This document shows, one piece after another, positions 22,440 through 32,579 of a DNA stretch of 64,000 nucleotides. The stretch spans positions 1,016,501 through 1,080,500 of the forward strand of contig JAUPSS010000007.1 of the NCBI GenBank assembly GCA_040285825.1. The letters run 5' to 3'. Numbering within the stretch: the first letter of the stretch is position 1; each line of letters begins with the position of its first letter. A model generated the notes under the pieces. That model saw only the letters and a program-made list of their open reading frames with translations, was not told the DNA's origin and did not search any database. The translations under genes and the position numbers were made by a program. The DNA is from Eukaryota sp. TZLM1-RC (taxonomy: Eukaryota; Protista; Metamonada: BaSk clade).

Positions 22440-23700
22440 TATCACATCATTATTATGTCAATGAATTCAAATTTAGTTAATCAAATTTTATATCTCCTAC
22501 AATTTCACAGGATTTTGCACGTCAGTTTAATGCTCTGATAATCAATTTTTTAGGAGATTTAGTGGATGTTTGTCCATCAAACATTCCTTATCATGAATTT
22601 GTCATTGTTTAGTCCTCAATTTGCTGGAATTGGTTTTTCAAAAGCACAGTATTTATGCAAAAGTGCTATTATTGGTGGTATGAAAAATTTACTTTTTGAG
22701 TGGAAATTCCAGTTTGGTCAAATTCCTTTGAATGAATCACATCCTTTATTAATTTTAGTCGAGAACATGGTGCATAAACTACCTGTTGATGTGATGTGGA
22801 ATAAGTTTTTTCCTTCATGTTTGCCTTCTGTACCTTCGCGATCTTTGTCTGATCTTCATCTTGCTGTTGTGAAGTTACAGAAGGCTGTTTTAATTGGTTT
22901 TAAAGACCTGGATTTCACTAAACGGCTTAGTGTGACTAAGCTTAATAATCTCGTCTTTGCTGCCTTTTTATCAGACATCCAGAATTGCACTAGTTTAATA
23001 TCTCAGCAAACAAGGCCAATTGGTCTTCACATAACAATTGAAGCTGGAAACAAAACATGCGTTTGAGATTAGGGCTGTATCCAAGTGGTCTTTTGAACAA
23101 TTCTGTTTGTATTTGCAACGAAAAACCTACCGCCAATTTCCGTCAAATTGTAAGTTGTAAAAAATTTCTACAATATCGGTCAGTTCTTCATTATGCCGTT
23201 CGTGATGTGACATATGAGATGTTTAAGTGTTATAGTTTTAGTTGCAAAGTAGAACCATTGTTGATGCATTTTAGCGATAATAATCTGTTTAATTCACGTC
23301 GAGGTGATTTAATTGCTCCTTTTGTGGATTCCTCTCAAGTTGTTGTTGAATTAACTACAGTTGATTCCTTTGCTTTAATTTATCGTTTTACTCAGTTCTA
23401 ATGGCCATTTAAACAAGGCTGAGGATCGTAAATGAGACAAATATACTGAGATATAAAATGATTTAAATAAGAACCTTTACTCGAAGTTTTGGTTTGTTCC
23501 TTTTGTCTTCTCTATTTTTGGCAACATTGGACAGTCTGGCTTGAATTTTCTCAATAATTTTGATAATTTAAGTGGAAAAGATTTTTCAATGAATTTATGG
23601 AAGATTCGTATCATTTTCGCCTTGTACAAAAGTGTTCCCAAGAACTTGAGTTTAATGATGTCCAAGCTGTATAAGGATTCACCAAGAGTTGGCGTGGAGA
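22440..23700 (+). mobile_element. Degenerate CRE-like non-LTR retrotransposon 3' half, family C
   Basis: SPQFAGIGFSKA, MRLRLG...CIC...C, LHYAVRD, EPLL, RRGDL, FVPFVFS; frameshifted. Confidence 0.8.
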
Positions 23701-23935
23701 TTTTTTTAAATCATTTAATATCTCAGAATATTTATCTCTCTTACGATCTTCAGCCTTGTTTAAATGACCATTAGTACAAAGCACAACATCATCGCGATAA
23801 ACAAAAGCATCCAAAAGACCACTTGGATACATCCCTAATCTCAACCGCATGTTTTGTTTCCAAGCTTCATTTGTTAAGTGAAGACCAAATGGCCTTGGTT
23901 GCTGAGATATTGAACTAGTACAGTTCTGAATGTCT
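23701..23935 (-). mobile_element. Internally deleted family C fragment, inverted (tail-to-tail) against the preceding copy
   Basis: Its reverse complement matches ~22974-23095 joined to ~23362-23468. Confidence 0.8.
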
Positions 23936-24764
23936 TAATGAATGTTTTGATTTTAATTTAATTGTTATAAAACCATTATTTTATGTTTGTGTGTAGCAGA
24001 GAAAGCTTCAAAATAATCCATTTCTCTATTGACTTCCATTGAATTATTCACGACAGTCAAATGACCGTTTCCTGCTTAGCCTTCAATGTGTATAAATCAG
24101 GGATATCATTGTAAATATTTATTCAAACAATTAAATGTAAAAAACAAATAAAAATCAAAACCTTGCACAATTCACAAGTTAAAAACACCTCTTATTTTTG
24201 AACAAATTAGGGGGAAAGCGACACGTTATTGACAAACCGATAAAAAACAATCTTAATAAACTAGCTTTTCTTTGCTGCCATAAATAGTAGTTTTGCAATT
24301 TACAATTTAATTTCAACTTAAGCACAAATGTAAATACGAAGGAAATTTTTATCAAAACTTTGTGTTTTGTTTCATTCGCATTTGAATACGAATTATCTTT
24401 GGAAGAGCTATTTCACAGTGCATTTTCAACCATTGACCACATACAACTATTGGTACTTTGATAACCAATTTTTGTCAGCTAAACATTCAATTTTTATGCA
24501 TCCCTGAGATCAAACTGATTGCTAATTTATTGCTGGTTTTAACAAATTTATACCTTTTGGATTTACAAAACACCAACTTTAAAAAAACACTAAGAAAATA
24601 AAGGAAATAGTGGAAATTTGAACAAAAGTAAATTTTACATAAAATATATTTACAAAATAAATGAAAAACGAGAAAATAACAACACGTAAAAACAATATGA
24701 ACCTATGAAAATCGGAAAAAATAAATAAATTTAAAATGAAACGCTCATGAAAAGAACTCAAATT

Positions 24765-25355
24765 TTAATCAGACAAATCGTCTATAAACTCATATTTCTT
24801 GGTTAAATCATTCATCTTCTCCTTAATGTCCAACTCAAGCTGTTTGAACTGGTCCATTATCTTGCCCACATCATCCTCCATTTCCTCTGTTTGGAAGATC
24901 CTCTCAATCCTTGATGACGTAGACAGTGACTTGGAGGATGGTGCAGCATGTAGCTTGACATCCAAGGTTTCAAGTAGAGGGAGTGAAGAGAGGATCCTGT
25001 AGCTATGAAGAGAAGAAATAGAATTTCCAGCAATTTTAATGTGGCGAACTGATACTGGAATGTCTTGTTCAGAGAGGTCGACCAAACAGTTGTCCCTCAC
25101 GTCTAGGTTTTCAATGGTGAGAGCGGAACTGAGTTGAAGAGTTGGTAACGAACAATGACGAGCAGAAAGTGCAGTTAGTTTTGGTAATTTTGAAAGAGGC
25201 TTCAGTGTTTCAAGGGTGTTGTGGTCTAGATGAAGAGAGGTCAGGTTTAGGAGAAGGGGAAGTTTAAGTAGGTCTTGGTGGTTGAGATTATGGTTTGATA
25301 GGTCCAAGGTCGTTACTTCATCAGCTATGTCTAATAAATGGGAAGGGAGTGGCAT
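24765..25355 (-). CDS. SDS22-type leucine-rich repeat protein with C-terminal coiled coil (~196 aa from ATG 25355)
   Basis: LxxLxLxxN repeats (TTLDLSNH, LTSLHLDHN, IENLDVRDN, VRHIKIAGN) and an LRRcap-like YRILSSLPLLETLD. Confidence 0.8.
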   Translation of the reverse strand: MPLPSHLLDIADEVTTLDLSNHNLNHQDLLKLPLLLNLTSLHLDHNTLETLKPLSKLPKLTALSARHCSLPTLQLSSALTIENLDVRDNCLVDLSEQDIPVSVRHIKIAGNSISSLHSYRILSSLPLLETLDVKLHAAPSSKSLSTSSRIERIFQTEEMEDDVGKIMDQFKQLELDIKEKMNDLTKKYEFIDDLSD

Positions 25356-25651
25356 CTGTGAATAATGCACTTAACCTGAATAGTATAGGGGTATTTTCAA
25401 TGCAACTGTAGCACTTCTGGAATTTCTGATCAAATATGATGTATATCATATTTACATATACATCAAATATGGATGTAGCCTATTTCTTTCTGATTGCACA
25501 ACAACTTATCCCCGTATATAAAAACAATAGTGTATCAATAGTGCGCAAAAGAAGCGCAGGATGACAGCACACTGGTATCTTAAATGATTTTGCAAACACA
25601 AAATCAATTCAACCAATCTAATTCAACAATGAAAAAACACAAACAATTAAT

Positions 25652-25733
25652 TAGTTTATTAACTATTCATCAAGTCAGGTTGTTTTCAAAAGAATTTGCA
25701 ACAAGACTGTCACTTAGAATTAATAACAAACTA
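25652..25733 (-). promoter_or_regulatory. Eukaryotic SECIS element (form II, GUGA core) in the SPS2 3' UTR
   Basis: UUAUUAAUUCUAA-GUGAC-AGUCUUGUUGC-AAA-UUC-UUUU-GAA-AA-CAACCUGACU-UGAU-GAAUAGUUAAUAA: helix I, tandem G.A quartet, helix II, AAA 11 nt above the core, apical minihelix; about 80 nt after the stop. Confidence 0.88.
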
Positions 25734-25810
25734 TATAAAATAAACAAACAAGAACAAAGAAATTAATTAATTAAGATCCCACACTCAATTAATTAAATGA
25801 ACAAAAAACC

Positions 25811-26950
25811 CTAAAAATCCACCTTTAAAACTTCAGCAGTATCCACCACCTTAGCAATACCATTTCCTTCAACAACTTTACCTACAACAAAACCATAATC
25901 ACCATTGCCATGCAACTCCTTCAGTACTTCCTCCTGAACACTTGGATCCACTGCGAACAACAACCCACCTGATGTTTCGGGAGAAGTACCTCTAAGCAAG
26001 CCAAAGTCAACTTGTGTATTGACCAAAACTGCAGCAGACCAACAGGGAAGCAGATCAATCAAAAAGTCAACACAAGTCAAAGCAAGTTCTGCTAGATTCT
26101 GAGCGTGACCTAGAATACCAAAACCTGTGACATCAGAGCAACAATGAGCATTATACTTTAACATGACATTTGCAGCTATATTGTTCATTCTGGCCATGGA
26201 TTGGTTTGCTTTGGTTCTCGAAGCCTTTACCTCTTGTGCAAGTTTTTCTTCACCAAAGACGTCTACCAGTTGCTTCCATTTTTTAATGCAATGTGGAGAA
26301 ACATGGCCATAACCCTTCCTTTGTAAAAATGCATGTTCAAGCCACTGAGCAACATTTGAAATGATTTGAGTCCCCAAGGGTTTGGTCAAGATGAGCACGT
26401 CCCCTTCTCGTGCACCAGTAGGACGGACGAGTTTATCATCAGGAGAAAGGCCAACTACCGTGCCACCAATCAAGAATTCAGGGTTAAGGATGGTGTGACC
26501 ACCAGAGAGACGTACGTTGAGTTCATGGCAGGCAGCGGCGAAACCTTTCATCATGAGATGTGTGATGATCTTGCGTTCTGCGTCAGAGCATTCCGTACAT
26601 GCACCTACGATCATGAGTGCGTTTAAAGGGGTGGAGCCAACAGCATAGACATCAGAGAGCACGTTGGCGGCCGCAATTCTTCCTTGAAGCTCGGGATCAC
26701 AGCAGGACGGCGTAAAAAAATCAGTGGACGTCACAAGAGAATGTCCTGGTATGGGAGATGGGGTGATAGATGAGTCTAAATCATCAGGGGTGGTTTGGAT
26801 TAGGTTGGATATTTGGGATAAATAGTGGGATAGTTCTTGTTTGTTTACCTTACAGCCTCAGCCTTTACGCTGTGCAAATGATGTAAGAAGGAAGTCTTCA
26901 CGAAGACCCAATGATGTAGGGTCGAACTCACGATAATCTGTGAGATCCAT
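25811..26950 (-). CDS. SEPHS2: Selenophosphate synthetase, selenocysteine-containing (379 aa, Sec at codon 31)
   Basis: Frame extends from ATG 26950 through MDLTDYREFDPTSLGLREDFLLTSFAQRKG-UGA-GCKV into the ORF-track protein (TDFF, GRIAAANVLSDVYA, LTKPLGTQ, SDVTGFGILGHA, ETSGGLL); TGA at 26858-26860; SECIS downstream. Confidence 0.95.
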
Positions 26951-27721
26951 GAGGAAAATGGATGAATTCAAATCTTTAAGCATTGGATTTAAAAAAGATC
27001 CTAACATAGTCTGATGATCATAGCCCTAGTCTTTTGCTGTTGTTGTTGTTGTTATTGATGCTCAAATTCTACCATACAAACCCAATTAATCAAAATTTTG
27101 ATCTAGAATTCTTTTTGTCAGCCTCAATTGCGCAATCAGATACAAGTTTGTGTTCAATAGAACCACTTACACCAGGAAAAAACCCCTTTTGAGATTTAGA
27201 TTTTAAATTATTAACAATCATATGATTTATGACAAAGTTTGCCAGGCAGGTTGTAAAATTTTTAGATAAACAATTGATTCACCTTTTTTATAGATAAGCT
27301 TAAGATCAGCTGTCTGCCAACCTAATAGAAAACGTTGAGCTTCGAGTATTCTGTTAAATAAATAATTAATTATTGACAAGAAAAATATATTATATTCGAA
27401 TTATTGGTCTACATTATTGAGACACGCCAATCTGCAGAGTAAATCTCGTTGAGGAGAACAGTGAAAAAATTCCAGCCTTTTCATGATCATCAAACAGTGA
27501 GTAGAGTCAATGTTGCCAAAGTTTGCTCAAAACAAACTTTTTGGTCTTTTAGAAATATATTTGATTATAACAATAATTCCTCAAAAAAAGAGTTAAAAGA
27601 AGAGTTAAAAGATGTAGAGTACTCATAGCTTCTCAACAATCCTAGAAATTAAAAACTCTCAAAACAAATTGAACAATCATTTTGATGACATCAACAATTC
27701 TCAATCAAACTTACTTCATCA

Positions 27722-28921
27722 ATGGCCACACTCTCCCTCGTCTGGCTTCTCTGCACACTCCTACTATCTTTCTGTGTAGGTTCCTCTCGATTTTTTGTAT
27801 CGAATCAATTTGCCTTAGAACCACAATTCCCCCATATTGACTCTGAGCGTATTGTTCATGCCGTCACTGGTAATGTTGATGAAAACAATCTTCTGGATGC
27901 CATTGTTTTTTATGCCACTAGTGTAGATATGTCCAAATCCAAGGATTTCCGTGAACAAGACTATGAGCATTCAATAACTTTCCACCACATGGTAATCTAT
28001 GATATTCGCTCCGGACCTCGGATCTGGCAAGGTCCCCATGGCTTTTATCCCTTTAAATCCACTGGCTACTCTGAACCTCAGCCGAGCTTCACGATGGAGC
28101 ATGATGTTAACACAAGGAGTTGCTATGGCAGCGGTACACACAACCGATATTACCGTGATTGGCCTGAAGCTCAAGCATTTGTTGCTATTGATCTCAATGA
28201 TAATGGTAAACTAGATGTTGTAGTAGTTTCAGCTACAGGATATTGTCACAAAGATCACTGTGAACCTCCCCGAACACTAGTGGGGGAAATTCTTCGAAGA
28301 AGATGTACCAATGCCCGCCATAGAGGTCACATAAACATAAAGACGTGGCTACTGATGGACATTCAACCTGATGGCAGATTTTCCAAAGTGGTTGAAGGAA
28401 GCTCCTTTGTTTCCAATACCACTTCCATTGGGGCACGAAGCTTACGGGTTGGAGTTTCCGCATCTGTTGAACAACACTCTGCATGTAGCAATTCTCATCT
28501 GCTAACAGTAATTCAAGGTCAAACCCGTGCTCAATTGTGCCTAGACTTAGACGGGAACGTGTCTCCCTCCCATTCATTGCCTTTGTTGCAATTGGTCAAC
28601 ATGCATGATGTTAACTATTACTCTACCAGTACTGCATTGAAAATGAATGGAGATTGGTGGTATCTACTTGTAAACAGAGGGGGGGAATGGATGCTTTGGT
28701 TGGATTCACATAATTGGTATAATGGAAACTTTAACATTCCGAATAGTGCCAGTATTGCGGTAGCAGCAGTGGATTTTGATGATGATGGAGTCGATGACGT
28801 GATTTTGATTGATTGTCCCAGCACAAGGAATAGATGTCGGCTATGGCATGGGACATTTTATTCATCAGAATTCAATGATTATGATGTCCACAATGATGAT
28901 TTTTTCAATGAATTGTTGTAG
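27722..28921 (+). CDS. Secreted protein with FG-GAP/VCBS-like Ca2+-binding motifs (399 aa)
   Basis: Signal peptide; three DxDxDG-like motifs (GNVDENNLLD, DLNDNGKLD, DFDDDGVDD). Confidence 0.75.
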   Translation: MATLSLVWLLCTLLLSFCVGSSRFFVSNQFALEPQFPHIDSERIVHAVTGNVDENNLLDAIVFYATSVDMSKSKDFREQDYEHSITFHHMVIYDIRSGPRIWQGPHGFYPFKSTGYSEPQPSFTMEHDVNTRSCYGSGTHNRYYRDWPEAQAFVAIDLNDNGKLDVVVVSATGYCHKDHCEPPRTLVGEILRRRCTNARHRGHINIKTWLLMDIQPDGRFSKVVEGSSFVSNTTSIGARSLRVGVSASVEQHSACSNSHLLTVIQGQTRAQLCLDLDGNVSPSHSLPLLQLVNMHDVNYYSTSTALKMNGDWWYLLVNRGGEWMLWLDSHNWYNGNFNIPNSASIAVAAVDFDDDGVDDVILIDCPSTRNRCRLWHGTFYSSEFNDYDVHNDDFFNELL

Positions 28922-28961
28922 ATGCAGATTTTCTTAGTATTTTTGTTTTAAATTAAGTTAT

Positions 28962-29705
28962 AAAAATGAGATTATATTTGAATATCCCCATTAATCAATT
29001 ATTATCAAAAGAAAAATGTATTTGTTCGAATTCACCTCAACTCTTTGCGCCATGCTCTGAATTGTTCTAAATTGATAACTTATCGTTCTTCATTACATGA
29101 TGCTGTTAGAGACACTGTTTTCAATATGGCACAAACTGCAAGAATATCGTGTATCAAAGAGCCTCTGCTGAAGGAAACACTTTCTCTGAATAATTTTAGT
29201 TCTGATGACAGAGGTGATGTATACTGTGATTGGATTGATAATTCTGAAGCTATTGTTGACTTTGCCTTATGTAATGTTGCAATTGATACTTTGGTTCACA
29301 GAAGAAAACTTAATCCTGTGAGTGCTCTTGATTTTAAAGCAAAAGAAAGACATGGAAAATATGATAAAGATATTGAAGAGGCTAATGCTGATAGAAATTC
29401 ACAGCTGGTTTTTATTGCTTTCCCATTTTCGATAAATGGAAGATTATCAGATGAAGCAGAAACTTTTTTGAATGACTTCCAAAAAATGGTGCAAGAAAAA
29501 ACAATGAAAAGATTTGATATTTTTTATGGCGTTCTCGGATTCAATTTGCCATTGTTAATAGATTACCTCGGTTTTTCAATCGAATAAGAGAAGCTTTAGC
29601 TAGACAGCAAGCAGATCAAGATTTTGTAGATGAAATGTTGGTTCAATGATAGTCGTCCCAATAGTTATGAGTTAATTTGATTAAGTGTGTATGTTCGATA
29701 AATAT
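28962..29705 (+). mobile_element. 5'-truncated family A non-LTR copy with a 13-bp target-site duplication
   Basis: Family A RLE sequence; ATTAAGTTATAAA at 28952-28964 and 29706-29718. Confidence 0.92.
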
Positions 29706-30639
29706 ATTAAGTTATAAATAATGAATTGTTCACATTCAGGTAAAGTCGTCCGTACTGGGCAAACTATGGACTAGTCAAAAATGAACCAACTACGGACTAG
29801 GGTATTTCGTGATTCAGTGCGAAATCCAGTATATTGCCCATCTCTACATTCAGTTATTCCCATGAGATTCAACAAACCTGTGGTCAATTGGATCAGAAAC
29901 TGAATAATTCAATTTACAATTTCATGCCAGACACAACAATTTTAATACGGCGAAACACGAAATTCCTGTTAATGGTGGCAAAAATAATGCCAAACATGAT
30001 GGGGAATGGGTCATACTAATAAAAAACAACGATTACTTCTACAAAATCCTTGTCAAAACATTTATTTAGTGAATAACTACTCATTGATTGCAATAAGGTA
30101 TTCTTGAAAAATTTCTGTTTTCTTTGTTGACTTTTTATTACGAAATCACAAATTCAACCAAATTTACAAAATTTTCCCTGAATCACAACAAAAAATGTTT
30201 TGAATCACAACAACGTATCACAAGGGCTGACAAGTCAACTGGTTCATCATTTAAACTACTTTAATCTCCTTTGTGTAGTCAGACATTAGCATTACATGTA
30301 TTGTTTGCAGCCAAACAAGTCAATTGAATTCACACTAAGATCTAGAACACTACAGAGTGCAAAACATAAAAGACTGTTCACCGGAGTCAAAGGCTAGTTG
30401 TATTGATATTTATCATTTGCTCGAGAAATGGGTTTCAATTGTGAAGAATCCGGCTAATTTTAGTGAAAGTTTCTAGCAAACAGCACAATCTTTTAATGTA
30501 ATAACGTTTTGCACCCGTTTTGAAAAATTATTGTACAAAAACAAATCAAAACAAAGCAATATTGCTGAAACAATAATAAATATGCAATATTTTTTAGTTA
30601 TTGTACACTTTACAAGTTTATTAAAAAAACACTAAACCA

Positions 30640-31536
30640 TTAAATATCAACCTCCCGACCTAAAACCCGAGCTAAACTGCCAACATCCCTTAGTGGGCCA
30701 GGAGTATTCATTTTGACAGTAACCACAGCAGCTACCATGTCCAACAACTCTTGGTAATCACTATAACGTTCTCTTAGAACTACATAGCTAGCCAAAGTCG
30801 TGTCCCCTCTTCCAGTTCTTGCTGTAATATCCCAATTACCCCATTCACTCTCATAAATCTCGCCATTGACAAACAGCTTGACCCCTTCCACATGCGTGCA
30901 CAACACTTCCTGTACACCAAGTTTGCCAATCATAGGAAGAGAAACAGACATGTCATTACAACCAGTGAGAGTTCTGGCTTCGTCTTCGTCAACTTTAAGG
31001 ATGGTAATGTATTTAAGGTACTCTTCCTTTTCCAGCCAATCTTTTTGTACCATTTTTTGACCTTCTACACACCTGGTGTAACCTTGAACATCAAGAGCAA
31101 CAGTGGAAAAACGTTCAGCAACTAGAGGAATCAAGTGCTCTGGAAACTCTCCATTCACTAGAGGAGAGAGGACAGCGCATGATGACGTGGAATCAGTGGT
31201 GGGAATGTCACCGGGGGTGAAGGAATCAGCCCGACAGAGACATAGGGAGACTCTTTGGTTAGCTTTACCCTCAAGGTAGACGTTCTTCATGGTTGTAGTG
31301 TTGGATGATTCGTTGTTGATATGGTTAATCTGTTGGAAATCGTTTTGGATACAAGAGTCGTTGGGATTATATCGAGTAATAACAGTAGTGGTAGCACCCA
31401 GAGTCTTGGCAGCGATTGATCCATAGAAGACACCACCGCCAGCTTGGTAGAGGATTGCGTCGGATGAATCAGAGACATTGCTATGATTTTCCTTTACATC
31501 AAGAGTGACATGGCCAAAAAATGTGAGGGATGACAT
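30640..31536 (-). CDS. PfkB/ribokinase-family carbohydrate kinase (298 aa)
   Basis: GHVTLD, GGGVFYG, DVQG, LKVDEDEA and anion-hole motif TGRGDT. Confidence 0.9.
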   Translation of the reverse strand: MSSLTFFGHVTLDVKENHSNVSDSSDAILYQAGGGVFYGSIAAKTLGATTTVITRYNPNDSCIQNDFQQINHINNESSNTTTMKNVYLEGKANQRVSLCLCRADSFTPGDIPTTDSTSSCAVLSPLVNGEFPEHLIPLVAERFSTVALDVQGYTRCVEGQKMVQKDWLEKEEYLKYITILKVDEDEARTLTGCNDMSVSLPMIGKLGVQEVLCTHVEGVKLFVNGEIYESEWGNWDITARTGRGDTTLASYVVLRERYSDYQELLDMVAAVVTVKMNTPGPLRDVGSLARVLGREVDI

Positions 31537-32109
31537 CAGCTAATCGAACAAGTATAGCACGAGATTACTAGAGGATGTAGATGAATCAAGTCAATTCATA
31601 ATGATTTGCATTGGTGAATACTACCAATCATGCACTTTCTATCAGCATTTCTCACTGCTTAATACCAAGAACATGAGTTGCTATAATCCCATTCTTATTG
31701 TTACCACAACACTTCTGATACACCTGAATTTCATTGTATAGGAGCTAACATAAAGTGAATTTATGTCATGTTACCAAAATTTGATATTGGTTATATCGAT
31801 CTGAAATTAATTCAAATTGATCCAATAATCATCAGTAACTCCTTGAAAACAAGAATGTCTCGTTTTTGAATGTCTCAAACGCTACATTGAAAAAGTTTGA
31901 CACAGTTGTTTAGCCATACCCTGCGTTGCTTAATCCTAGAACTTCTTTGGCTTTGTTCATTTAATTTATTTAGTTCAGTGAAGATGTCGACTTCAATAGT
32001 GCTTAGAAGATTCTATTTGTTGAACAGTGAATGTGTCTTGTGACAATGTAAATGGCATTATCTAACAGTAGCAAAAATTCAACAAGATAGAAAATTTTAA
32101 ATATACATC

Positions 32110-32577
32110 AATTTGAAATATTTTTACTTTGCTACTTTTTGAACAATTGATTCTTTTATTCCAATGGCTCAATCAAAATATAGGTCCCCTTAATTGTTTC
32201 CCAAAAAGCCAAAATTGACAAATACAAAGCAAAATTGTTATCCTTGAATGCAGAATCGCATACTCATTATGTCCTTTGTCCAGTTGCAGTTTCCCTTCAT
32301 GGAACGCTTGGACCTCTTGCTTTGTCTTTTCTGGATGATTTTGTTGAAATTGTGAAACAACGTACTGGAAGAGGTTTTAACAAGGGTTTTTGGCAAAACA
32401 GAATTGTATTTTCAATTTTCAAAGGGGTTGTTCGCTTATTATCTTCAGCTTTGATATCTCTTGGACGCCTTTATGAAAGAAAAACCTCCAGTCAATTCTT
32501 CTTGGCTCATTTGGGTTATGAAGACATAGAATTTTAACCCTTTCGTATAGTTTGTTTTTTATCGGAATAAATAAAAA
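32110..32577 (+). mobile_element. 3' end of a degenerate CRE-like element (B-related family)
   Basis: KIDKY...LCPVAVSLHGTLG...FWQNRIVFSIFKG; ends at AATAAATAAAAA. Confidence 0.7.
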
Positions 32578-32579
32578 TT

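Noticed and set aside
26858-26860. Alternative genetic code (UGA, or UAA/UAG, reassignment)
   Set aside because: The UGA is at the known Sec site with a SECIS; conserved genes end at TAA/TAG and have no other internal stops.
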